A stretch of DNA of 64,000 bases from Candidatus Micrarchaeota archaeon (lineage in GTDB: Archaea > Micrarchaeota > Micrarchaeia > Anstonellales > Bilamarchaeaceae): assembly GCA_018812625.1 (NCBI GenBank), contig JAHJDH010000033.1:3622-67621 (forward strand), given 5' to 3'. Position numbers and translations under genes: made by a program. Below the pieces are notes generated by a model. It worked only from the letters and a program-made list of their open reading frames with translations, had not been told where the DNA came from and did not search any database. Of this stretch, positions 42,263 through 49,877 are shown one piece after another. Numbering within the stretch: position 1 is the stretch's first letter; every line of letters starts with the position of its first letter.

Positions 42263-44032
42263 TTGACTAAAAAAATAAAGATTTTAGAAAAACCTACTGA
42301 TTCCCAAAGACAGGAGATATTGATGAGAATCTCCCAATTATATAATCATCCAGAATATGTCGTTTATGAATACATTCAAAACTCTATTGACAGTGCTTTT
42401 GAAATTAAGGACAAAGAACCTTCATATGATACAAGAAAAATATTAGTGCATATCGATTATTCTAAAAAACAGTTTATCATTCAGGATAACTGTGCTGGTA
42501 TGGATGAAGAAGAGATTGAAAACCTTCCAAATAGCGTCTTTCAATCTAGGAAAAAGAGATCTCCTTGGATAACTGGGGAATTTGGGTATGGAATTCAATC
42601 CTTTAGGGCTTGGTTCGACGAAATCCTTATTGTTTCAAAGGCAAGTGACCAATCAAAGGCAACAGCTATCATCTTTAATCAAAGTGTCGATGCTGAAATA
42701 GATGAAAAAAAGAAATTGCCTGATTTTGGAGCTGTTTACCCAGTTAGGGCTAGTTCAATAAACTACAAAAGACCGACCGGAACTGATGTTTGGATAAAAG
42801 GAATTAGAAAAAAATTACGGAAAAAATCTTTTGACTTTATTGCAAAAAACCTTTTTACATTGATCCCTATCCACTTTGAAGATGCTCTTGAATCTGGATT
42901 GGTAGAAATCCAGATTTATGACTGGAAACGTAGATCTGGAAAATTCTTTCCACGTGTTTACCAATTAAATCCACTGAGACTTTCAGATATCCCAGGAGAA
43001 GACATATCTGGAACTATAAATGATAACTCTGGTAAAAAACTTGCTAGTTATCACTTTAAAATTGTCGAACCTATCTACTTCAACAAAACACCAGAGATCA
43101 AGGATTACAAACCAAGGTTAAGTAGGCTTGGTACTGAACTCGGAAAACTAAGTCGCTTAAAAAGCCTCCAAGATTTTGGTAGATCGAACGATGTAGATCT
43201 ATTGATCTGGGATAGGCCTGAATTAATCGGAAAAATAAATATAGAAAGAAAAATCCCCATCCGCATTGACAGGACTGATTTAGAACCATCATTGGAAAGT
43301 CAAGTATTGTTTGATAAAATTGCAGAATTAACCCTCCAAATCCAAGAAAAATTTGATGAAATGGATAAAAGGAAACTCGAAGAACATGAAGAATCACTTT
43401 CAGAGATAATGTCCGATGTTTTTACTGACCTCTCAAAAGAGTTAGATGCTGATTTATTTGGACGAAAAAGAAAAATACGCAGTTCTAGCGGCTTAATAAC
43501 TTCTATGATAGAAACTGGTGCTGGATTTGTTCTTGGTAACAAAGATTTCCATGGAGACGGATCTCAAAAAGGAGACGTGTCTTCTCAAATTGATGATTCA
43601 GGAAAAGAAGGTATCGAATCAACTATATCTGATGAAAAAACCCCATCTCCTTCAGAAGAAGGTACTGGACAAATGCCATATAAAGATATAAAACAAAGAG
43701 GCATGGGCGTGGAATTCAAACCTCTTGGTACTACTCAACCTCCATCAAATGTTTGGGGAGATAGAATGATAGTAGTCAATACCGAACATCCATTTTACCG
43801 TGAAAGACTTACTGAACATAAGAGCAAAATTATTACAAAAAGACTTATAGCTTACCTAGCTATTGTAACTACTCCATGGTTCCTTGATAAATATTGGAAT
43901 AAAAGAGGTGTAGAGCCTGAAAGTACCGATAAAATTCAAAAAATTGTCGAGACGATAGCGAGAGTAGAAAAAATACTTTGGGATAAAAGAGAACTCATAA
44001 AGAAAAAAGTTGCAGAGGTAGAAGATGTTTGA
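42263..44032 (+). CDS. GHKL-superfamily (MORC/HATPase_c_3-like) ATPase
   Basis: N-box EYIQNSIDSA, G1 box QDNCAGMDEEE and G2 box GEFGYGIQSF. The remaining ~350 aa have no recognised motif. Confidence 0.8.
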   Translation: MTKKIKILEKPTDSQRQEILMRISQLYNHPEYVVYEYIQNSIDSAFEIKDKEPSYDTRKILVHIDYSKKQFIIQDNCAGMDEEEIENLPNSVFQSRKKRSPWITGEFGYGIQSFRAWFDEILIVSKASDQSKATAIIFNQSVDAEIDEKKKLPDFGAVYPVRASSINYKRPTGTDVWIKGIRKKLRKKSFDFIAKNLFTLIPIHFEDALESGLVEIQIYDWKRRSGKFFPRVYQLNPLRLSDIPGEDISGTINDNSGKKLASYHFKIVEPIYFNKTPEIKDYKPRLSRLGTELGKLSRLKSLQDFGRSNDVDLLIWDRPELIGKINIERKIPIRIDRTDLEPSLESQVLFDKIAELTLQIQEKFDEMDKRKLEEHEESLSEIMSDVFTDLSKELDADLFGRKRKIRSSSGLITSMIETGAGFVLGNKDFHGDGSQKGDVSSQIDDSGKEGIESTISDEKTPSPSEEGTGQMPYKDIKQRGMGVEFKPLGTTQPPSNVWGDRMIVVNTEHPFYRERLTEHKSKIITKRLIAYLAIVTTPWFLDKYWNKRGVEPESTDKIQKIVETIARVEKILWDKRELIKKKVAEVEDV

Positions 44033-44777
44033 TAAAACAGTTCTCGTAAAACTCCAAAAACTTGCAAGTGAATATAAAAGGGCGGATCTGCCAAATACTA
44101 AAATTAGCAAACTATGGGAAATTGGAGATTATCTTATAAAAATTGGTTTAACCTCACAAGGGGATTTTTGGAAAATTCAGAAACAAGACGTTTTTGTTAG
44201 TAGGGCCATCCTGCTTAGATCATATTGGGTCCGAAAAGCATTTACTAAGTCCGAAGTGGAAAAAATAAATCTAAATATCTCAAAAATTTTACCAGTCCTT
44301 CCTTATCTTGCTCCAAAATCAAAAAAATTATCTCCAAAGGAAAAACAAGTGATCAAGAAGAAAATATTACATAATGAAATCCCCACTGGAATAAAATTAG
44401 CCAAAAAATCTAAACAAAGAAAAATAGAAACTCTGGAACTTGTAAAAAGACTTAATCTCTTGATAAAAACTATTGAATCTGAAAAAATTAGTCTCTTTAA
44501 GAAACAATATCCAAAACAAAATTTTGAACATTTGAAGAGGCAAATTATTGATCTACTTCAGGGCGCTTTACCAACCGAAAAACACACAGATTCCTTAGAG
44601 CATGCAAAAAGCTTTGCCTTAAATATCGATCCTCAACTCTCTGAAATATTCGATATCTTATACATTGCAGCAAAAAAAACAAGGACGGACTCAAGACGCA
44701 TGCAAAAAAGAGTTTTTGACCCATATCTGATTTCTCCTTTTGTGGATCAACTCTTCTTCAAAAAGAAAGAAATCTGA
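44025..44777 (+). CDS. hypothetical helical protein, translationally coupled to the GHKL ATPase
   Basis: The ATG lies 8 nt inside the end of the ATPase gene. 250 aa, K-rich and helical, with no recognised motif. Confidence 0.55.
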   Translation: MFDKTVLVKLQKLASEYKRADLPNTKISKLWEIGDYLIKIGLTSQGDFWKIQKQDVFVSRAILLRSYWVRKAFTKSEVEKINLNISKILPVLPYLAPKSKKLSPKEKQVIKKKILHNEIPTGIKLAKKSKQRKIETLELVKRLNLLIKTIESEKISLFKKQYPKQNFEHLKRQIIDLLQGALPTEKHTDSLEHAKSFALNIDPQLSEIFDILYIAAKKTRTDSRRMQKRVFDPYLISPFVDQLFFKKKEI

Positions 44778-44834
44778 GAATCTTTCTCATCAATATGACT
44801 AAAAATTGTGACTTCTTTCATTTATTGTGATAAC

Positions 44835-45728
44835 ATGAATAACTATTGGATATTTGTGGTAAATGACTGGAAAGATTCATCTGGTCACAAGCACAAGGCA
44901 AATGAAATTTTTGATACTCTGAAAGTAGATAAAGTTTGGGGTATTGGAGAGCGTACTCCAAATAGAAAGAATTTGTCTTCTGGAGATAAAGTTGTTTTTT
45001 ATCAAGCAGGTTCAAATGGACAAAGATTTCTTGGTCATGGAACCTTATCATCTAAATGTAAACATTTTTCTAAAGATTCTCATTATTCTGAAAAAACTAA
45101 TAATATCATTTACGAATGGGGTAACATTGTTACATTCGAAGATTTTGATGCTTTTGAACAATCAAAACCTCTTTCAGATCTGGCCGAAAACTTGGATTTC
45201 ATTGTAAAAAAGGAAATGGCTGCGGCTTATTTTCAAAGTGGTGTCAGATCAATAACAAAGACTGATTTTGACATGATTGTTTCTGAAGATCTTGTTAAAA
45301 TATCTCAAAAAGGCCAAGAAGAAGGTATTGAAGATAAAGGTTTGTTCGTTCTTGAGAAATATCTCCAAGATTTTATTGTTAGTAATTGGGATAACATCGA
45401 TTTTGGTCAAAAACTTCGTATTTATCAAGATGATGATGGAAATCCTGGTCCGCAATATACTACTGATGTGGGTTATATAGATATCTTAGCAATTGATGAA
45501 AAAAATAATTTTGTTGTAATCGAACTGAAAAAAGGACGTGAGAGCGACAAAGTTGTAGGTCAGTTACTCAGATATATCGGCTGGGTAAAAAAGAATTTGG
45601 CAACCAAAGACCAAGGTGTTCAAGGAATTATAATCTGTAAAGATCTTGATGAAAAACTTGAATATGCCGTATCTGCAGTTTCAAACATTTCGATAAAACG
45701 GTATAGTATGAGCTTTAAATTACTCTAA
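44835..45728 (+). CDS. PUA-like (EVE-type) domain fused to a NucS/DUF91-type PD-(D/E)xK endonuclease domain
   Basis: N-terminus YWIFVVNDW..VWGIGE..LSSGDKVVFYQAGSNGQRFLGHGTL. C-terminus DVGYIDILAIDEKNNFVVIELKKGRESDKVVGQLLRYIGW, the NucS C-terminal signature. Confidence 0.75.
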   Translation: MNNYWIFVVNDWKDSSGHKHKANEIFDTLKVDKVWGIGERTPNRKNLSSGDKVVFYQAGSNGQRFLGHGTLSSKCKHFSKDSHYSEKTNNIIYEWGNIVTFEDFDAFEQSKPLSDLAENLDFIVKKEMAAAYFQSGVRSITKTDFDMIVSEDLVKISQKGQEEGIEDKGLFVLEKYLQDFIVSNWDNIDFGQKLRIYQDDDGNPGPQYTTDVGYIDILAIDEKNNFVVIELKKGRESDKVVGQLLRYIGWVKKNLATKDQGVQGIIICKDLDEKLEYAVSAVSNISIKRYSMSFKLL

Positions 45729-45736
45729 TCTCTCTC

Positions 45737-45809
45737 GGCAAAACGGATTTAATGCCCAAGCCTTGCCAGTTCGGTGCTTTGCACACGAAGACAATAAAAC
45801 CGTTTTGCC
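45737..45809. other. GC-enriched structured element A (long hairpin)
   Basis: A perfect 10-bp closing helix GGCAAAACGG / CCGTTTTGCC encloses the inner hairpin TTCGGTGC-TTT-GCACACGAA. It starts 9 nt after the nuclease stop codon. Confidence 0.4.
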
Positions 45810-45863
45810 TTGGTTTCCTGTCTTTCTTCAATTCTAATTTTCTAAATGCCTAGTTGAAACCTC

Positions 45864-45935
45864 GGAAGTTTACTCGCTTCATCATCAGCCCTGTAATGGT
45901 GCGGGCTTCGAGTGAAGCTCGCTTGAATAACTTCC
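45864..45935. other. GC-enriched structured element B (three stacked helices)
   Basis: Helices GGAAGTT/AACTTCC (45864-70 / 45929-35), GCTTCA/TGAAGC (45876-81 / 45913-18) and AGCCC/GGGCT (45887-91 / 45903-07). An alternative pairing is ACTCG/CGAGT. Confidence 0.4.
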
Positions 45936-46046
45936 TCGACAGGAGAGTTCGGGGAAGAGCAGGTGATGAAAAATGAATGTAGGAAATTTCGAAGGAGTTT
46001 GGGAAGGAGAATGTTATCGGTGCTGGTTTGAAAAGAAGGTGGAAGA

Positions 46047-46400
46047 ATGACGCAAAATTTCAAGAATCTGAAAGTATATGGAGAATCATTTAGATTATCT
46101 AAAGATCTCTACCTTTTCTTTCATGATAAAAAAATGTCTTTTAGAACAAAAGAGCAAGTGTTAGCCTCAGCTTCTTCAATCTGTGCAAATCTAGCTGAAA
46201 TGGCTGCATTTGACTCAAAAGGAGCAATCAAGCAGAAGGTTACAACTTGCATTGGAGAATGCAATGAAACTGAATATTGGCTTGATTTGATGCACGAGTT
46301 AAAGATTCTGCCTCAAAGAGAGCATATTGATTTTCTTGGGAGACTTGTGAAAATCCGGAGTATGCTCTTCAATTTGAAAAGAAGTGTGGAAGGTGGTTGA
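46047..46400 (+). CDS. four-helix-bundle protein (23S rRNA intervening-sequence protein / DGR Avd-like family)
   Basis: 117 aa starting NLKVYGESFRLSKDLY..RTKEQVLASASSICANLAEMAA..GECNETEYWLDL.., the characteristic pattern of this family. Confidence 0.7.
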   Translation: MTQNFKNLKVYGESFRLSKDLYLFFHDKKMSFRTKEQVLASASSICANLAEMAAFDSKGAIKQKVTTCIGECNETEYWLDLMHELKILPQREHIDFLGRLVKIRSMLFNLKRSVEGG

Positions 46401-46475
46401 ATGTAATAATCTGGAAATAATGAATGAAAACTCCCAAGGTTGCTCCTATGCTTTGCATAGCTGGTCAGGAAGATA

Positions 46476-47195
46476 CTATCGCTTCACTAGTGTTTTTGAT
46501 TCATCCTTGATGATCTTGTTCATTTTTCCTATCATTATGTCAATAATACTAATAGCTTCATCAAAGCCTTTATCATGACTGCTCAGAAAAGAAAGCTCTG
46601 CATCATTGATTATTTTATCTAATGATTTGTATCTTAGAAGTACTCTATCTAATATGGGTTCATCATATTTTACTCTGCGTCCAATTTTTTCATCCTTCAA
46701 CAATATATCCTGGAGTTCTCCATATTCTTGAGTAAGCTTTTCATTTACTTTTGAAAATTTCTTTCTCTCCTCCTCATTTATCTTTATGAACTTTCTTTGT
46801 TTTGCTATTGCTTTATCAACCATTTTTCTTAATTTAATTAAATTTTTCTTAAATGCAAGTAATTTCGCCCTATTAGATTTTGCTTCTTCAGGCGTGTACC
46901 CTCTATTAACCGCATTATTTTTTTCTTTGACAGTTGTTTTTTCTGTAAATTTCTTTTTAGGCTGCCCTTTTGTTTGTTCTCTTGTTTGACCTTTGAAAAA
47001 TGAAGGTATCTCTATTTTTTCAAACTTTTCTAGGTGTAAAGTTATCCCGCCGAAAATTATTAGTACGATCGAATAAATGCCATTTACTCCCAACTTACCT
47101 TCCACGAGTGATACTAGTAAAACTGCCACTCCCACAAGGAAGGTAATTATTGAAATTAGTACTTGCGACCATTCCTTAATTATTTCCAAATCCAT
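46476..47195 (-). CDS. hypothetical membrane protein with a long coiled-coil tail
   Basis: Two N-terminal TM helices, then a K/E-rich helical region. Confidence 0.55.
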   Translation of the reverse strand: MDLEIIKEWSQVLISIITFLVGVAVLLVSLVEGKLGVNGIYSIVLIIFGGITLHLEKFEKIEIPSFFKGQTREQTKGQPKKKFTEKTTVKEKNNAVNRGYTPEEAKSNRAKLLAFKKNLIKLRKMVDKAIAKQRKFIKINEEERKKFSKVNEKLTQEYGELQDILLKDEKIGRRVKYDEPILDRVLLRYKSLDKIINDAELSFLSSHDKGFDEAISIIDIMIGKMNKIIKDESKTLVKR

Positions 47196-47200
47196 TTACT

Positions 47201-47335
47201 CTACCTTGCAACCAATAAATAAAGTCCAATAAGCACAAGGCCTAATGGTACAACTGGCTCTTGTGTTTGTATATATACGACAATTCCACTTGTAACTATT
47301 AAGGCACCAATCACATGAATTGTAATTCTTCTCAT
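47201..47335 (-). CDS. possible small membrane protein (44 aa, below the track cut-off)
   Basis: Hand translation gives MRRITIHVIGALIVTSGIVVYIQTQEPVVPLGLVLIGLYLLVAR*. Its stop is 5 nt from the start of the downstream membrane-protein gene. Confidence 0.3.
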   Translation of the reverse strand: MRRITIHVIGALIVTSGIVVYIQTQEPVVPLGLVLIGLYLLVAR

Positions 47336-47442
47336 GCTTAACGAATTAGAGAAACTCTTTTTTAAATAGAATCAAATAACCTAATGTCATAAGGTGAAAA
47401 GAAATGAAATCTGCAAAAAAGAAGTTCAGAAAGCAGCAAAAC

Positions 47443-47526
47443 AAAACTGCAAAACTCGGAACAGAAAACTGCAGAACTCACGACGTAAAACCCACAACTC
47501 TAAACCCTAAACTCAAAACTGAATTG
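47443..47526. repeat. about four imperfect 22-nt tandem units (AAAAC..AACTC..) abutting attR
   Basis: Units start at 47443, 47465, 47487 and 47509. The first two share 16 of 22 positions (AAAACTGCA-AACTC--AC). Confidence 0.5.
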
Positions 47527-47549
47527 CTCGCCGGGCCCATTTTCTTATT
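47527..47549. repeat. attR: second copy of the 23-bp direct repeat (displaced tRNA-Ile 3' fragment)
   Basis: ctcgccgggcccattttcttatt is identical to 33961-33983. Confidence 0.85.
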
Positions 47550-47581
47550 ATCGGTTTGCAGTTTTGAGTATTGAAAAAACT

Positions 47582-48073
47582 TCAATGATCTTGTGCCAGA
47601 GCATCCATATCATATCGTATCCCATTAGATATCCTAATCTTACGTAAATCTATGATGATTTCTCTAACATATCTTTTCATAAGCTGAATCTCCTTTTCGC
47701 TAATTTCAATAGTATGACCTGGTTTAGAAAATACTTTTTTCGACAATATCTGAATTTCTCCATCAACTGACCGTGGTTCGCAGTGTGCAATCTCATTTCG
47801 AAATTCGACTATCTTTTTCAGTTTTTTATAAACATTATCACCTAACTTTTTATTTACTTTTTCTGTTTTGCAAATGGATGAGAAAATGGGGAGTTTTGGT
47901 CCAAAAGTCAACCTCTCAAAAAATGTTTCTCTAAATAACTGTCTTTTTTTATAATTTGATTGAGAAAAATAATCAAGAATGAAATTTTCTATTTCAGTTT
48001 CAGCAATGATTGAATATTGAATTATTTTTCCACATCTTATAAAAAATTCAGTATGTTTTTTAGGTTCCATCAT
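47582..48073 (-). CDS. hypothetical protein with a HEPN-like Rx4H motif
   Basis: 163 aa, helical, with ..IVEFRNEIAHCEP.. (R-x4-H). The assignment rests on this motif only. Confidence 0.4.
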   Translation of the reverse strand: MMEPKKHTEFFIRCGKIIQYSIIAETEIENFILDYFSQSNYKKRQLFRETFFERLTFGPKLPIFSSICKTEKVNKKLGDNVYKKLKKIVEFRNEIAHCEPRSVDGEIQILSKKVFSKPGHTIEISEKEIQLMKRYVREIIIDLRKIRISNGIRYDMDALAQDH

Positions 48074-48184
48074 TCCTAATTGTTTAGATATGAATAAAAA
48101 ACGGGTCTGGAAATAATTGATCTCGTATATTTATGATAATGTTAAATCTTTGATGATCCTAACATATTACGAGAGGTATAATCA

Positions 48185-48577
48185 ATGGACATGGACAAGA
48201 TTCTTTCTATCAAAAATGTTCCAACTGGCTGTATGATAATTGCAGCCCTAGCTATAACTGGCGGACTCTCACAACCAGAAAATCTTTTCATTTGGCTTTC
48301 AGTTGGAGGGGTTTCATTTGTTTTTGGGCTAATTACATTTGCGTTAAATTACCTAATTAGAAAACACGAAGCCGACCAAAAACTCAAAACAGAAAAAATT
48401 AAATCAAAAAGGCAAAAAGACCAATCAAGACACAGAGAAACTCAACTTAATAAAAAACTCACAGCCGAATCTCAAAAAACACAGAGAGAATACTTACGTA
48501 GAGAAAGGGCGCAGATGAATATTCAATCTACTAATACTGATAATGCTTGGAAAACAATAAGAGGTTTATTTAGATGA
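48185..48577 (+). CDS. hypothetical membrane protein with a basic coiled-coil tail
   Basis: Two TM helices, then a K/R/Q-rich tail. Confidence 0.5.
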   Translation: MDMDKILSIKNVPTGCMIIAALAITGGLSQPENLFIWLSVGGVSFVFGLITFALNYLIRKHEADQKLKTEKIKSKRQKDQSRHRETQLNKKLTAESQKTQREYLRRERAQMNIQSTNTDNAWKTIRGLFR

Positions 48578-48695
48578 AAAACATGGGAACTCCCAGAAAG
48601 AAGTTCAAAAAGCAGCAAGGTTCCTTGTATTTTTCCTAACTCGAAGCAGCTAAAAGTTAATAGCTATTGATGAAATTATCTATCAAGGTGAAAAT

Positions 48696-49103
48696 ATGAA
48701 ATATTTGATCATGTTTGCAGTTCTTTTGTTTGCAGGATGCCTGGGTGAGGCTTCAGAAGACAATACGAATGCTGATGCAAATGACAATACCCTGAGCGTG
48801 GGATCTGACAAAACAACCGAACCCGAGGATAAGAGCGGAACAATAACAACAGGAAGCTTTGAGCAGTGCATTGACCAATGCTCATCCGGAATTGGCAGTG
48901 GTGAATACTGCGAGGATGGCTGCAGATTCGAAAAAGCAGAAAATACCAAGGATGTATCCGTCTGCCATGAGCTTGATCAAAAAGACAGTATTCCAGAGTG
49001 CTATGGTACTGTTGCAATTGCAGCTGGAGACATTAAAATCTGTGATCAGTTAGCTGAGCAGGAAGATCGAAACCACTGCGTTGCAGCATTTTCCCCAAGA
49101 TAA
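48696..49103 (+). CDS. hypothetical Cys-rich lipoprotein
   Basis: Signal peptide plus lipobox MKYLIMFAVLLFAGC, with 9 further cysteines. Confidence 0.6.
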   Translation: MKYLIMFAVLLFAGCLGEASEDNTNADANDNTLSVGSDKTTEPEDKSGTITTGSFEQCIDQCSSGIGSGEYCEDGCRFEKAENTKDVSVCHELDQKDSIPECYGTVAIAAGDIKICDQLAEQEDRNHCVAAFSPR

Positions 49104-49129
49104 TTATTTTTTTCAATTTTTTCAGAATA

Positions 49130-49819
49130 TTACCAGTGTTTTAACTTGAATTTAATCAGACTAATACCCATCATAAATCCATCTCTAAGAAGATTGAATT
49201 TGGATGTTCCAGCTTCATTCCATTCAATTGGGATTTCTTTTATTTTCAGTTTCTTCCATTGGGCTCTAACTAAAAATTCAGCATCAAAGAACCATCTTTG
49301 ATCATCTATTTTTTCAAAAATACCAACTGCTTCTTTTCTCCTGAATGCCTTGAACCCGCACTGGTGATCTGAGATTTTTGACCCCAAAAGAAGGCGCACC
49401 AGCCAGTTGAAGCATTTGCTTGCAACATGCCTAAAAAAATCTCTTGATGTTTTTGATCCTTTAAGATATCTGGATGCAACTACAATGTCTGCTCCTTCTT
49501 TGATGGGAGCAATGAGTTTTTCCAGGAATTTAGGTTCTGATGCAAGATCTGCATCCATAAAGATTATGATATCTCCAGTTGCAAATTTTGCTGATCTGAT
49601 AATTGATGCTCCTTTTCCTAATCTTTTTTTACTATGAAGAAGCCTGATTTGCGAATTCTCGAGTCTTTTTGCAATCTCAACTGTTTTATCCGTGCTTCCG
49701 TCTTCACTGATAATTATCTCTGTTTTTTCAGGTATTTTGGCAAGTATCCGCTCAATCTGTTTAACTGTAGCCTCTAGTATTTTCTCTTCATTGTAAACTG
49801 GGAGGATTACAGAGATCAT
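49130..49819 (-). CDS. family 2 glycosyltransferase (dolichyl-phosphate sugar synthase-like)
   Basis: ISVILPVYNEE..IIISEDGSTDKT..FMDADL..QCGFKAF, the typical GT2/DPM1-like pattern. Confidence 0.85.
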   Translation of the reverse strand: MISVILPVYNEEKILEATVKQIERILAKIPEKTEIIISEDGSTDKTVEIAKRLENSQIRLLHSKKRLGKGASIIRSAKFATGDIIIFMDADLASEPKFLEKLIAPIKEGADIVVASRYLKGSKTSRDFFRHVASKCFNWLVRLLLGSKISDHQCGFKAFRRKEAVGIFEKIDDQRWFFDAEFLVRAQWKKLKIKEIPIEWNEAGTSKFNLLRDGFMMGISLIKFKLKHW

Positions 49820-49877
49820 ATGGTTATATCATTTGATTAGCCCTTAATAAATTGTCCGTATGCCATACCTCTCAAAA

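Larger units (their letters stand above)
33961..47549. mobile_element. ~13.6-kb integrated element (tRNA-Ile-targeting, tyrosine-integrase type) carrying defence genes
   Basis: Perfect 23-bp direct repeats lie at both ends, one of them inside the tRNA 3' half. The integrase gene starts 30 nt from attL. The cargo is restriction/defence genes with no housekeeping genes. Confidence 0.8.

Noticed and set aside
45842-46063. 73-aa minus-strand ORF covering structured element B.
   Set aside because: It has no SD or TATA context. The region is better explained by nested perfect helices. It is kept as an explicit alternative to test.
45730-46400. A diversity-generating retroelement (Avd-like gene plus a structured or template-like region).
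   Set aside because: No reverse transcriptase gene and no template/variable repeat pair could be found anywhere in the 64-kb window. Only the Avd-like family resemblance remains.
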